Shown here piece after piece: positions 1-10,277 of a stretch of DNA of 64,000 nt (its first letter is position 1; every line of letters begins with the position of its first letter). Source of the DNA: Armatimonadota bacterium (GTDB lineage: Bacteria; Armatimonadota; HRBIN16). The notes under the pieces are model-generated. The model saw only the letters and a list, made by a program, of their open reading frames with translations, ran no database searches and was not told the origin of the DNA. The stretch lies in NCBI GenBank assembly GCA_963677485.1, contig OY781964.1, positions 4,160,001 through 4,224,000 of the forward strand, read 5' to 3'. The translations under genes were made by a program, and so were the position numbers.

Positions 1-235
1 GCCATCGGAACAAAATATCCCGAACTTCATCAGGGATTTCGATATACCGTTCGGTAGAGGCTTCCTGTTCAATGAGGTTCATTGGGAAGATGGCTTCCAT
101 CTCCTCTGGCTTGATCGGTTCTTTGGTGCCAGGGTTCAGTGGCGGGGCCATCGGTTCCTTGAAATCGGCTGCAATATTATACCAATGGGTTGGCATTTGT
201 CGGGCTGTAAGGTCAAAACGGCTGTCGTTACTCAA
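1..235 (-). CDS. trpB2: TrpB-like PLP-dependent enzyme (TrpB2), 5' part; runs off the window
   Basis: Not in the ORF track. Manual translation from TTG at 235 gives MSNDSRFDLTARQMPTHWYNIAADFKEPMAPPLNPGTKEP...IFPMNLIEQEASTERYIEIPDEVRD, the typical TrpB2 N-terminus (P.WYNI.AD, PPL.PGT, FP..LIEQE). GGAGG RBS at 243-247 on the minus strand. Confidence 0.85.
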   Translation of the reverse strand, partial: MSNDSRFDLTARQMPTHWYNIAADFKEPMAPPLNPGTKEPIKPEEMEAIFPMNLIEQEASTERYIEIPDEVRDILFRW

Positions 236-275
236 TGTATACCCTCCGGGTGATATGTATGTTTGATTCCTGAAA

Positions 276-1859
276 TTAGTTTACACTACCTGCGTTTGTT
301 TTACCTGCGCTGATCGCCTCGCGCAGAGCGTCGCTGAGACTGGTCTCGCCGTTCGTTCGTTGAGCGGTGTCATTGTTGGTGATGGCATCGACTAACGTCG
401 CAAGACCATTCTTCAGCAGTACACAACTCAGCTTAAAGCCTTCATGTGTTGTGATCTGCGGAGGCGTTGGTAGTAAACCTGCTACGTAGCTGTTCAAACT
501 ATTCGCTTCATTGCTGCGGGCCTGCAGCGCATTATATTGTTGTTCACGCGTGATCTTCTTATCAATCTGCGATTTGAGAGCTTCAGTGCTGAGCCTGTGT
601 ATCCGTTCGATGGCTGGGTATAGGTCTTCGCTCAGGCTTCCGAATACTTTGGAGCGCAAGGTTTCATCATCAACGGGGACCAATGTGTAGACCTTACTAA
701 CCATCTCGGCTGCTTCAGCGAACTGACTTTTCAGGGCGTAGAGATGAGCCAGCTTGAGGAAGGGCTCATACTGTTTGTCTGAATGGGCACAAGCCTGTTT
801 CAACAGCGTCTCAGCTTCGTTGATCCGACCGTTATTCCACAGCACATCAACCAGTCGTAGAGTGATTTGCACGTTGGAAGGGTCTTTTTCCAGCATCGAG
901 CGGAACAACCGTTCCGCTTCCTCGGGCTGGTCTGCAGAGACATAGGCATCTGCTAAGGGCCCGGCTAGCTCTGGAACTGCTCCGATGAGCAGGGTGGCAC
1001 GTTTGGCCTCGTTGAGCGCCTGGACATCCATTTTGAGTGCCAACAGTGCTTGAATCAGCTTTGCCCGTGGTGCAGGGTTCAGCGGTTCCAGGCTTATCGA
1101 CTGTCTATACTTATCAACAGCGATGGCGGTATCACCCGTCGACATCGCACGGTCGGCCGCTTCCATACTTTGCTTGGCCAGACCAGCGTTGTCCGGGGTC
1201 GCAAATACGGTGGTTTCCTGCACAGCCGGATGAACGTCATCCTGTGTGGTTTCAATCATCGCCATGTTGCTGAGTGGTTCCGCTATTAACTTAGCCACCA
1301 GAGTTGATGCCGCTGTCTTTGCGGAGCTGGGCCTGTCCAGTTCTTGTGTCTTACCTGAATAGACCATCGGTGAGTCAAACTTGGTTTGCCAGCTTAGGTT
1401 GCTCGTGGCTGAGCGCCACGTGGCAGTCAGCCTGATCACCGCGGCCTTGGTATACTTGGTGGGTAGGTTGTTCTTCTTAGGCACGCTTTTAGGAGGTGCC
1501 GGCAGCTTGACGGTGTCCTCAACAAATTGTGCTGAGACTTCCAGTGAGGCTTGAGCTCCCAGCGCTGCAGAGATGGCGTTTTGTTGTGAGGCGTTTGGTT
1601 TTGGGCCTGGAAGGTTCTTATCAATCGCACCTTCCACCACTAAACGCTGCACAAACGGCTCTGAAGGTGAATAGATGAGTGTCTCAGCACGCTTAGTCTG
1701 GTCAAGCATTTCGCTTAATGATGCTGCGATAGGGAATGCTGATTCCACAGCGTCAATTTGGTATATCACGACCAACGGCCGCTTTGCTGGGGCTTGAGCG
1801 TAGATGGCTGAACTGGCCAGCCCGACGAGTAGACATGAGAGCACAATTAGTCGCCGCAT
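276..1859 (-). CDS. Secreted tetratricopeptide repeat protein
   Basis: Signal peptide MRRLIVLSCLLVGLASSAIYA; central TPR-like helices (A...Y..AI.L.P, AE.LFR.ML..DP.N). Confidence 0.7.
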   Translation of the reverse strand: MRRLIVLSCLLVGLASSAIYAQAPAKRPLVVIYQIDAVESAFPIAASLSEMLDQTKRAETLIYSPSEPFVQRLVVEGAIDKNLPGPKPNASQQNAISAALGAQASLEVSAQFVEDTVKLPAPPKSVPKKNNLPTKYTKAAVIRLTATWRSATSNLSWQTKFDSPMVYSGKTQELDRPSSAKTAASTLVAKLIAEPLSNMAMIETTQDDVHPAVQETTVFATPDNAGLAKQSMEAADRAMSTGDTAIAVDKYRQSISLEPLNPAPRAKLIQALLALKMDVQALNEAKRATLLIGAVPELAGPLADAYVSADQPEEAERLFRSMLEKDPSNVQITLRLVDVLWNNGRINEAETLLKQACAHSDKQYEPFLKLAHLYALKSQFAEAAEMVSKVYTLVPVDDETLRSKVFGSLSEDLYPAIERIHRLSTEALKSQIDKKITREQQYNALQARSNEANSLNSYVAGLLPTPPQITTHEGFKLSCVLLKNGLATLVDAITNNDTAQRTNGETSLSDALREAISAGKTNAGSVN

Positions 1860-3172
1860 GCTTTTAACCCCTGTTCTGCGTTTTCTTTATCGCGTGTTGC
1901 TTGTGGCACATTAACACCGCGGGAGATGGCATCATTGGCCTTCTTTAAGGCGTCATGGTATGCCTTGCGGGCGTCTTGTATGTTATTCAGCCGTCTCTGG
2001 TTTTGTGCGATACTATTGCTTATACTTGCCGAATTGGCACCATAGTTTTGCGCGGCCGTATAGCTTTCAATGGCTCCGCGGTAGTCGCCTTTGGAAGATT
2101 TCTCGGCGGCAATCCGAAGCAACATGTCAGCCTCATTGGTGCCCGACTGGGTTGGTTTTGGACGGACGACGCTTCCGCTGTTGACCGTGATCTCGTAGAT
2201 ACCGGTCGGTGCAGTGTTGTCTGGCGCCGTTCTCGTCGGGGCTTTAGGTTCTGGTTTATCAGCCGCCGGTTGAGATGGTGTGGCAGTTGGTGTCGTTCGT
2301 TCGGTGGTAAGGCCAGAGATAGGGGGCAAAGCTGGGATGGAGGCTAATCCGCCACCCGAGCCTGAGTTGCCTGATGGCCGTGTCTGGTAATTCTGCGGCT
2401 GGGGAGCTGCCATGATTGGGTTGGTTTGCTGAGGCACTTGCGGGTTGTTGCCTCCAGCGATATACGGTTGGATGGCACCCCCGTTATTTTGCGTCAGGGG
2501 ATTACCGCCGTTGTCAGGCTGAGCCTGCGGAATGGCTATACCATTGGTCGGTGCAGGAACCAGGTTGCTTGATGCGTCACCTGTGCCAGTAGGCCGAATC
2601 TCCGAGTGGCTGCCCGGTCGATTATTCAATGCGACAGCACCCAGCACGAACACTGCTATGGCGGAAGCAGCAGCAAGAAGTAACGGATTCACAGGCTTCC
2701 GGCTAGATATCTGCATCGGTCGTGATGAAGCAAGTCCGGCGGTGGTTCCATTGATACCAATAGAGTGCTGCAGCTCTTCGAGCTTGATCTGATCGGCAAT
2801 GCTTCCGGGATTGTGTTGAACCACTATTCTAAGCTGTTCGATAGCCTGTGCGGTCTTGCCTAGTCTTTCATACACAATGGCCATCATCGAGTGGGCACTG
2901 GTGTTCGTCTTGTCGACCTCAATGATCGCCTCGCATATCATCAGAGCTTCTTGATATCGCCCTTCCGACTGGCAGCGCATGGCGTCATGCAGCAACTGAT
3001 CTATACGGAACTCTACACCTGTGGCATGACCCTCTGCCTGACCATCGGCACCTGTAACAGCGTTTATCAGCTCCTCTTGAATGGCGTTGCTGCCATGGGA
3101 TAGCCGCTGTCCACAACGCTTGCAGAAACGGTTCCCTTCAGTGGTCTCCAGTCCACAGTCTGGACAGAACAT
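1847..3172 (-). CDS. Zinc-ribbon / TPR membrane protein with Pro/Gln/Thr-rich linker
   Basis: N-terminal CPDCG...FCKRCG double zinc ribbon, TPR, one TM segment (LLLAAASAIAVFVLGAVAL), low-complexity linker, C-terminal TPR; overlaps the next gene. Confidence 0.7.
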   Translation of the reverse strand: MFCPDCGLETTEGNRFCKRCGQRLSHGSNAIQEELINAVTGADGQAEGHATGVEFRIDQLLHDAMRCQSEGRYQEALMICEAIIEVDKTNTSAHSMMAIVYERLGKTAQAIEQLRIVVQHNPGSIADQIKLEELQHSIGINGTTAGLASSRPMQISSRKPVNPLLLAAASAIAVFVLGAVALNNRPGSHSEIRPTGTGDASSNLVPAPTNGIAIPQAQPDNGGNPLTQNNGGAIQPYIAGGNNPQVPQQTNPIMAAPQPQNYQTRPSGNSGSGGGLASIPALPPISGLTTERTTPTATPSQPAADKPEPKAPTRTAPDNTAPTGIYEITVNSGSVVRPKPTQSGTNEADMLLRIAAEKSSKGDYRGAIESYTAAQNYGANSASISNSIAQNQRRLNNIQDARKAYHDALKKANDAISRGVNVPQATRDKENAEQGLKACGD

Positions 3173-3186
3173 TGAATATGCCTCCT

Positions 3187-4230
3187 CTAAAAAAGCCTCT
3201 GGTCGCTACCGGGGGGTAACGCAACGTTCAAGTGCTCAAAAGCGCGCTGAGTGGCCGTCCGCCCTCGCGGCGTACGGTTGAGCATCCCGATTTGAATGAG
3301 GTAAGGTTCGTATACATCCTCGATTGTGTCACGCTCTTCGTTCAGGGCTGCCGCCAGCGTATCAATGCCGACAGGACCGCCTCCGAACTTCTCCACTAAC
3401 AGGGAGAGGAACCGGCGGTCGAACTCATCAAGCCCAAGGCTGTCGACGCTAAGCTGCTGTAACGCGTAGTCAGCCAGTGCCCGGGAGATAGTCCCGTTGT
3501 TTTGCACCTGGGCAAAGTCGCGTACTCGGCGCAGCAGCCGGTTGGCGATGCGGGGCGTTCCGCGGCTTCGGAGCGCGATCTCGGCGGAGCCCTCCTCATC
3601 AATGGGCACACCCAGGATATCAGCACTGCGGCCAATGATCACACGCAGCTCATCCGCATTGTAGAACTGGAAGTAGTTGATGATACCAAACCTCGCCCGA
3701 AGGGGGGAGGTCAACAGGCCCGCTCTGGTTGTGGCTCCCACAAGAGTGAAGCGCGGCAGATCGATCTTGATCGTGCGCGCCGCTGGCCCCTTGCCGATGA
3801 TGAGATCTAACTGATAGTCTTCCATCGCCGGGTAGAGAATCTCCTCAACCGGACGGCTAAGGCGGTGAATCTCATCTATAAACAACAGGGAGTTAGGTTC
3901 CAAGTTGGTAAGAATAGCAGCCAGATCACCAGGCCGTTCGATGGCAGGCCCAGAGGTGCTGCGAATGGTTGTGTTCATCTCATGCGCGATGATATTGGCT
4001 AAAGTGGTTTTTCCAAGTCCTGGTGGGCCATACAACAAGGCGTGGTCAAGTGGTTCATTACGACCCTGGGCAGCCTGAATAAAGATTTTTAAGTTTTCCT
4101 TGAGCTGATTTTGCCCAATGAACTCCCTCAGCCGTTTCGGGCGGAGGCTTAACTCTTCTTCAGCTTCTCGTGTTGTCTGCTCAGGAGAGACGATCCTATC
4201 GAACTCGACGCCGGTAAAATCCGACACCAA
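3187..4230 (-). CDS. ruvB: Holliday junction branch migration helicase RuvB
   Basis: [51 protein letters not shown]...RTPRGR. Confidence 0.98.
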   Translation of the reverse strand: MVSDFTGVEFDRIVSPEQTTREAEEELSLRPKRLREFIGQNQLKENLKIFIQAAQGRNEPLDHALLYGPPGLGKTTLANIIAHEMNTTIRSTSGPAIERPGDLAAILTNLEPNSLLFIDEIHRLSRPVEEILYPAMEDYQLDLIIGKGPAARTIKIDLPRFTLVGATTRAGLLTSPLRARFGIINYFQFYNADELRVIIGRSADILGVPIDEEGSAEIALRSRGTPRIANRLLRRVRDFAQVQNNGTISRALADYALQQLSVDSLGLDEFDRRFLSLLVEKFGGGPVGIDTLAAALNEERDTIEDVYEPYLIQIGMLNRTPRGRTATQRAFEHLNVALPPGSDQRLF

Positions 4231-4274
4231 ACTACCTCTTTACTCGCGTGGGGCGCATTTTGAACTGCTCCAGC

Positions 4275-4889
4275 TTATGACTGGCTAGATGTTAGTAACT
4301 GTAGCGCCAGTTTGATGATGCCGCCTGCATCTTGTGGGGGCACTTCCGTGGCTAGTGCGTGCTCGACAGCGGCTCTAGCATCCTGCCGATGGTATCCCAA
4401 GCCGACGAGTGCAGTGATGGCATCGTCCGATGGAGCCACAACCATACGGCCATGAGATTGTTTATCGAAGCGGGAGACAAGGCTCATCTCAATGGCACGC
4501 TCTTTGAGGTCGATGACGATACGCTGAGCTGTCTTCGCTCCAATCCCTGGTGCCTTCATGATCGCTCGGGTATCATCACCCGCGATGAGGTGAACCAGGC
4601 TCTCTGCTCCAAACGTGCTTAACAGGTTCAGTGCTGCGCGTGGTCCTACACCGCTGACTGTCAGAAGCAGTTCAAACAGTTTGCGTTCGGTATCGTCGCT
4701 AAACCCATATAGAGTCAACTCGTCCTCACGAACGTGCAAGTGGGTGACAAACATCACTTCGTCACCTACAGGCGGCAACACGGTGAGCGCAGATTCTGGC
4801 AACAACATCCTGTAGCCAACTCCATTGACGTCAACTACAGCAGAAATGTTATCCGAGCTGATCAGCTCACCGCGTATACGTGCGATCAT
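4275..4889 (-). CDS. ruvA: Holliday junction branch migration protein RuvA
   Basis: VNGVGY, THLHVRED..LYGF, VSGVGP.AL, PGIGAKTAQRI, ALVGLGY. Confidence 0.97.
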   Translation of the reverse strand: MIARIRGELISSDNISAVVDVNGVGYRMLLPESALTVLPPVGDEVMFVTHLHVREDELTLYGFSDDTERKLFELLLTVSGVGPRAALNLLSTFGAESLVHLIAGDDTRAIMKAPGIGAKTAQRIVIDLKERAIEMSLVSRFDKQSHGRMVVAPSDDAITALVGLGYHRQDARAAVEHALATEVPPQDAGGIIKLALQLLTSSQS

Positions 4890-4893
4890 CTAG

Positions 4894-5763
4894 CTACTCT
4901 ATGACCTTGCGCAGCGAATATTCTACGATGCCCGTGGCGCCAGCCCGTTTGAGGGCCGGGATCATATCGCGGGCGACCTTCTGGTCTAGAATGGTCTCAA
5001 CTGCAACCCAGCTCTTGTCCGATAGGGGACTGATCGTCGGATTTTTCAGTGCGGGAAGAATCTTCAACACATCTTCGATGGTAGATACAGGCACGTTCAT
5101 CTTCAAACCGACGAGGTTCGCTGCGTTCAGCGATGCCTGAAGCAGCATGGCCAGGTTCTCGCATTTTTCGCGCTTCCATGGGTCAGCGTATGCTTGCTTG
5201 TTCATCACCAGGCGTGGGGTTGATACGATGAGCGTATCTATGATCTGAAGGTTGTGAGCCCTTAGGCTGCTGCCTGTTTCGGTGTTCACCACTATAGCAT
5301 CTACCAGCGTGGGTACCTTCATTTCACAGGCTCCCCAGCTAAACTCAACTTCTGCGTGAACGCCATGAGACTCAAGGTAACGCTCGGTCAATCTTACGTA
5401 TTCGGTGGCGATGCGTTTGCCTTCCAGGTCTTGCACTTTGGTGATCTGGCTGTCGTTGTGTACCGACAATACGACGCGCACCGGGTTGCGAGTCACTTTA
5501 CTGTAGGTGAGTTCGCATATTTCGATGACGTCCACAGCGTTGTCTTCGATCCAGTCTTTCCCGCTGAGTCCGCAATCAATCACACCCATTTCAACATAGC
5601 GAGGGATTTCCTGGGGGCGGATCAGGCGGGGATTGATCTCTTTATCGTCGATCTCAGGTTCGTAAGATCGTGGTGAGACACGAAAATCATATCCGGCTCT
5701 TTTGAATAAGTCGAATGTCGCATCTTGTAAGCTGCCTTTTGGCAGACCTATTTTTAGAATCAC
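4894..5763 (-). CDS. hisG: ATP phosphoribosyltransferase, long form with C-terminal regulatory domain
   Basis: LKIGLPKGSL, RPQEIP.YV..G..D.G..G.D, RIATEY, ETGSSLRAH.L, LPALKNPTISPL. Start moved to GTG 5763 (AAAGGTG RBS); the track start at 5835 lies next to a terminator. Confidence 0.95.
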   Translation of the reverse strand: MILKIGLPKGSLQDATFDLFKRAGYDFRVSPRSYEPEIDDKEINPRLIRPQEIPRYVEMGVIDCGLSGKDWIEDNAVDVIEICELTYSKVTRNPVRVVLSVHNDSQITKVQDLEGKRIATEYVRLTERYLESHGVHAEVEFSWGACEMKVPTLVDAIVVNTETGSSLRAHNLQIIDTLIVSTPRLVMNKQAYADPWKREKCENLAMLLQASLNAANLVGLKMNVPVSTIEDVLKILPALKNPTISPLSDKSWVAVETILDQKVARDMIPALKRAGATGIVEYSLRKVIE

Positions 5764-5835
5764 AGTTATATAACACCTTTCGGTTGAATGTGCAGGTTCA
5801 CATATACCATTGTACCAACTTGATATAAGTAGCAC

Positions 5836-5870
5836 AAAAAAGCTCTGCCCAACCTATTGATGGGCAGAGC
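5836..5870 (-). terminator. Intrinsic terminator of the 5890-6573 gene
   Basis: Stem GCTCTGCCC/GGGCAGAGC followed by a T6 tract on the minus strand. Confidence 0.75.
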
Positions 5871-5889
5871 GAAACCTTCAGGTGAACTA

Positions 5890-6573
5890 CTAATAATCGC
5901 TGACTGACGACTCCGGGTCTGTTCCAAAGCCTTCGTTTGTGCGGCCTTTCGGGCGGACCTGGTTTGATCTAGTGCTGAAGCCTGTGGTCCGGCTGTTCTG
6001 AATTCTTGTGGGAGCGATCTGGTTCTTTTGCTGCTGAGCCAGTTTGCGACGCTCCTGCTCTGTGAGTGTGCCAGCACCTGTCCATGTTCCTGTCTGCGCG
6101 GTCCCAGATGGTGTCGCAGAACCGGGGCGCACGATGCCAGGCTGCCTGACGGCTGAGTTCACTCCGGCGGGGCCCAGCTTACTGTTGGCTCCAGCTTTAC
6201 CCACGGTACCGGTGGCCCCGTTCATCATACCGCCTGGGCTAAGAGGTTTACCCATCTGAGGTGGGGTGATTGATGTGCTGGGCGATGAACCGCCGGATCC
6301 GCTGGACATCGCGACGAAGATGATGATGGCAATTATAGCCACCACGATCACTCCGATCAGTACAGGAACCGGCACACTGTTAAGCGCACTTGGCGCAGCA
6401 GGCTCTGCCTTTTTGCTCCCACCGCTGCTAGGTGCGGGACGTTTGCCACCTCTTTTTTTGTGTTGATCCTCAAATTGTTTAAGGTCTTCTTGAATAGAGT
6501 TCCAATCCATCTGAGCATCTGCATTTGCTGCATCTGTCTGAGGGGTGGTGCTGCCTGTTTTGTTATCTGCCAT
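5890..6573 (-). CDS. Hypothetical single-pass membrane protein, low complexity
   Basis: ATG start, one hydrophobic segment (VLIGVIVVAIIAIIIFVAM), Gly/Ser/Pro-rich, followed by a terminator. Confidence 0.6.
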   Translation of the reverse strand: MADNKTGSTTPQTDAANADAQMDWNSIQEDLKQFEDQHKKRGGKRPAPSSGGSKKAEPAAPSALNSVPVPVLIGVIVVAIIAIIIFVAMSSGSGGSSPSTSITPPQMGKPLSPGGMMNGATGTVGKAGANSKLGPAGVNSAVRQPGIVRPGSATPSGTAQTGTWTGAGTLTEQERRKLAQQQKNQIAPTRIQNSRTTGFSTRSNQVRPKGRTNEGFGTDPESSVSDY

Positions 6574-6770
6574 GATATCCCTGCCTTCAAGAAATCTTTT
6601 ACTCTCAGAGAGAGTGCGCGTGAGCGGTGCGGTTACCTATCTTATGGTATGGGAAATGATGCTTGGGATGCAAGCTGATTTGCCCAGCTCACCACCATAA
6701 TAGGTGATCGCACACATCTTTCTGTACGATATTAGACTAAAACAGCGTTCTGCTCGTTACATTCGGACAT

Positions 6771-7496
6771 CTACATGCGTATCCAAAAATGCTGGCCATT
6801 TGCACTGGCCGGGCATTTGCCGCCGGTGCTGGCATCTGGCACAGTGTCGGTGTGGGCCCAATTCATGCCGGCCCCACAGTTACTGCACCGGTAGAATCCT
6901 GCATATCCGGTTTGAGCATTGGGTGTGTTTGTCTTGTTTTGGGCTTGTAGTTGGTCAATGATCAAACGCTGAGCAGCGATGAGCTGTCGTTGGTCTTCAA
7001 GCTGTTGGCGATATAACGCTAGTTGGTTTTCGTAGTTGTCCCGCATCGTCAGCATCTGCATCCGAAGGTTGGTGTCCTCACCATCGCTTGGTTCATCCAA
7101 TGTATCGCGTTTGTTGAACGAGCGTACATCCGGTGCCGTAGATGTATGGGCACTGCCGTTTGTCGTTGGCCCAGAGGTGTTCGCTGGTGAAGATAGGCCG
7201 CTTGACCCGTATTCGGGTGTTGAAGTGATGTTACCTGATTGGCCGGTATCCGTGGAATATGCATTGGAGTATGCGTTCGATGATGACTTCAGCTTTGCTT
7301 GTCTGTCGTTAGCTGCCCAGATCAAAATCGCTGCGACCAGAATCAACGCGACCATTAATGATGCTACAAAAATCCGCATTTGTCGGAGTTTGCTTTTTTT
7401 TGCATTCACGCCGCCCGCTCGGGGTTCAATCGGCCACAGGTCTTGATCGCTCACGGTGTGCCATCCCTTCGAAGTGCGCCACGGATTGGTTGCCAT
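6771..7496 (-). CDS. Hypothetical membrane protein with coiled coil and C-terminal Cys/His (putative Zn) motif
   Basis: TM segment IFVASLMVALILVAAILIWA, Gln/Leu heptads, C-terminal CSNCG...CPASANGQHFW. Confidence 0.55.
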   Translation of the reverse strand: MATNPWRTSKGWHTVSDQDLWPIEPRAGGVNAKKSKLRQMRIFVASLMVALILVAAILIWAANDRQAKLKSSSNAYSNAYSTDTGQSGNITSTPEYGSSGLSSPANTSGPTTNGSAHTSTAPDVRSFNKRDTLDEPSDGEDTNLRMQMLTMRDNYENQLALYRQQLEDQRQLIAAQRLIIDQLQAQNKTNTPNAQTGYAGFYRCSNCGAGMNWAHTDTVPDASTGGKCPASANGQHFWIRM

Positions 7497-7611
7497 ATTC
7501 TATATCTATTATACTTCAGGCTGCTGAAGCCTGAAGTACCGGATCACACGCATATGATCTCATGGTTTTGAAGTACAATCAGTGCGTATACAACAAAATG
7601 AGGTGCTTGTG

Positions 7612-10239
7612 ATGCACATAAAGATCGCCGCGATGATCAGCATAATAGCCTGTTTGGCGACCCCAGCATTCTCGCAAAAGCTGCTCATGTACACTGCGCG
7701 TGAAGCGCAGGAGGTGCGTGTGTTATCCGATCGGTACATCTGTGTGGTTTGGGACAGCACGGACGCAGTGCAAGCACAACGCCAAAGGTTGTATGGCGGC
7801 CTGTCCGAATACACTGATGCTACTTATTGGAAGCGTATCATGCTGTTGAAGTTCCAAACCATGGCCATATGGAAGCAAACCCGGCCGACGATGTTGAAGC
7901 AGCTTGTAGACCCTGCCAGTTGGTTGGTGAACGGCAAGAGGCCTGAGGGTTGCAGCCTTTGGACACAGAGCGTGGATGCCTACCCCGACCCGCTGAAAGG
8001 TGCCAAGAGCCTGCCGCTGCCACGGATGGTGGAGTATGTATACCTGAGGCTGCCTGAGCTTCGGGGGCAGACCCACCTCGATATCACGGCACCTAACAAG
8101 CAACGACTGAGTGCCGACATCGGCACGCTTCAGAGCAGCTGCTGGAGTATTAAGGTTAACCAGGTGGGGTATCTGCCCGATGCGCAGAAGCTGGCTTACT
8201 TCGGCATGTGGCTGGGTGAAGGCGGAGCGATGCCGGTGGACCATCTGGTTGGCAAGCCATTTGAGATTGTGTCGGAAAAGAGCCATCAGCCGGTCTACCG
8301 CGGCATCATCGCGCTGCGGGCTCGGAATGTGGATGTGAAGCGAGGTGGTCAGCCGCTCACGGGTGAGGATCTGTGTGTGCTGGATTTCAGCAAGCTCATT
8401 CAGCCGGGGGAGTACGCTGTGTTCATTCCTGGGGTGGGCAAGAGCTGGCCATTTCGCATCGGTAATGATGTGTATGGCCTGCCGTTTTACACCAGCATGC
8501 GGGGACTGTACCATCAACGCTGCGGGGTGGCATTGGACCCACAGTTCACCCAGTGGAGCCGTAAGGCTTGCCATACCGAGACATATCAAGCAAAGTTCAT
8601 TCCCGAAGGCAACCGCTACTATGAGAACCCCAACGGGGTGACCGTTGACGGGAAACTCTATGGGTTCACAGACGAGCAGGGCAAGGCTGTGGCGGTCAAC
8701 CCGTTTACGATGGTCTACAGCACCGCCACCGATAAGTTGGTGCCTGGTTTGAAGGGTGGATGGCATGATGCTGCCGACTTCGACCGTCGCTTCTGGCACT
8801 ACGAGGCGGTATGGGATCTTTGCGGAGCTTATGAGATGTATCCCAGGAAGTTCCGCGACGGGCAGTTGCAGATACCTGAGTCGGAGAATGGCATTCCTGA
8901 CATTTTAGATGAGGCGATGGTCGGTATCGATGTCTGGGCGAAAACGCAGACCCCTGAGGGTGGGGTCGCTGGCTGGATTGAGCAGACCTCGCATCCCCTG
9001 AATACGGGCACCGCGGATATAGACAAAGGCCGGTTCTATTGTGCGATGCCAGACCGCGCCAGCAGCTACGCCTTCGCGGCGGCGGCCTCTCAGATGAGTC
9101 GGCTGCTGATGCCGTTTGATGCGAAGAAGGCCAAACTGTATCTACAGCAGGCCAGGAAGGCTTACACTTGGGCGAGTGATGATGACAACCGTATCACTAT
9201 GCAGTTCAAGGTGCCGGAAGGTTCCCGGCAGCCAAACCTGACAGGAAAGACGATCAAGTTCGAAGAACCCGCGAAAATCCAGGGTATGGGGCCGATATTC
9301 CGGCTGATGGCCTCGCTGCAGTTAGCCGCCACGACAGGGGAGGGCAGTTACCTGCAACGGTTCCGGGACGAGGGGGGAGCTCAGCAGATGGTGCAGTGGC
9401 TGCCCGATGAGATACCCCACTTCGCCTTTGTCACTGCCCTCTGCAGCGACCTACTCACATCAGCAGAGAAGCAGTTGATACAGACCGCCGTGTTGAAGGA
9501 AGCCGATTTGTTTGTGGAGGGCAGCCGCAGCCTGCCGTATCACAACCTGTGGAGGCCGATCGACCACCCGTATTTCCAGAACATGGGCTGGGGTATGGGC
9601 TCATCGGCTTACAGAGCTAGACTTCAGATACTGGCTTACCGAGTGACCGGGCAGCCGAAATACCGCGAAGCCGCCCTGAATGGTGCGAACTGGGAGCTGG
9701 GGGCCAATGAGCTGGGCCGGAGTCTGGAGACCGGGCTGGGCAGCGTGTTTCCGGTGGTGCTGCAGCATATCGACAGTGAGTGCGACGGGATTGATGAACC
9801 TGTGCCAGGGATATCGCCATTTACGCTGACTTACGGCATGAGTGCCAGCTCGTGGTGGTACCAATATAGCTTGATGGAGAAGGCACATCCCGATTCCACT
9901 ACGTTCTATGATGAAACCCCGATGGTGGTGCTGCCGGCGCTCAGCGCGAAGACAGACATCAACAAACGCCTGGCGGCCTTGCCGCGTGTCGGCAACTGGA
10001 TGTGGGATGCTGTGGCATTGGTGCGTCCGCTGATTGAGCCGATGTATCCCATCATGCGGCGGATGTTCATCCATCCCAGCCTCGAACCTGCCCAGAACGA
10101 ATTCACCTCGTGGGAGAGCATCGCTCCGCACGCCGCTGTGTATGGCTGCTTGATGCAGGACGGATGGCTTCCCGCGAAGGAGCTGAGCACGCGCAAACCA
10201 CGCACCAAAGCGCAGATGGTGTATTACCCGCAGCCGTAG
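7612..10239 (+). CDS. Secreted glycoside hydrolase family 9 with Ig-like (CelD_N) domain
   Basis: IKVNQVGYLPDAQK, GKSWPFRIG, LYHQRCG, GGWHDAADFD, NGIPDILDE, QNEFT; signal peptide. Start adjusted from 7582. Confidence 0.85.
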   Translation: MHIKIAAMISIIACLATPAFSQKLLMYTAREAQEVRVLSDRYICVVWDSTDAVQAQRQRLYGGLSEYTDATYWKRIMLLKFQTMAIWKQTRPTMLKQLVDPASWLVNGKRPEGCSLWTQSVDAYPDPLKGAKSLPLPRMVEYVYLRLPELRGQTHLDITAPNKQRLSADIGTLQSSCWSIKVNQVGYLPDAQKLAYFGMWLGEGGAMPVDHLVGKPFEIVSEKSHQPVYRGIIALRARNVDVKRGGQPLTGEDLCVLDFSKLIQPGEYAVFIPGVGKSWPFRIGNDVYGLPFYTSMRGLYHQRCGVALDPQFTQWSRKACHTETYQAKFIPEGNRYYENPNGVTVDGKLYGFTDEQGKAVAVNPFTMVYSTATDKLVPGLKGGWHDAADFDRRFWHYEAVWDLCGAYEMYPRKFRDGQLQIPESENGIPDILDEAMVGIDVWAKTQTPEGGVAGWIEQTSHPLNTGTADIDKGRFYCAMPDRASSYAFAAAASQMSRLLMPFDAKKAKLYLQQARKAYTWASDDDNRITMQFKVPEGSRQPNLTGKTIKFEEPAKIQGMGPIFRLMASLQLAATTGEGSYLQRFRDEGGAQQMVQWLPDEIPHFAFVTALCSDLLTSAEKQLIQTAVLKEADLFVEGSRSLPYHNLWRPIDHPYFQNMGWGMGSSAYRARLQILAYRVTGQPKYREAALNGANWELGANELGRSLETGLGSVFPVVLQHIDSECDGIDEPVPGISPFTLTYGMSASSWWYQYSLMEKAHPDSTTFYDETPMVVLPALSAKTDINKRLAALPRVGNWMWDAVALVRPLIEPMYPIMRRMFIHPSLEPAQNEFTSWESIAPHAAVYGCLMQDGWLPAKELSTRKPRTKAQMVYYPQP

Positions 10240-10277
10240 AATTGACCAGATGATTCGAGATAAATAAGGGGTTCCCA

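Noticed and set aside
72-266. 64-aa plus-strand ORF
   Set aside because: Antisense to the clear trpB2 N-terminus.
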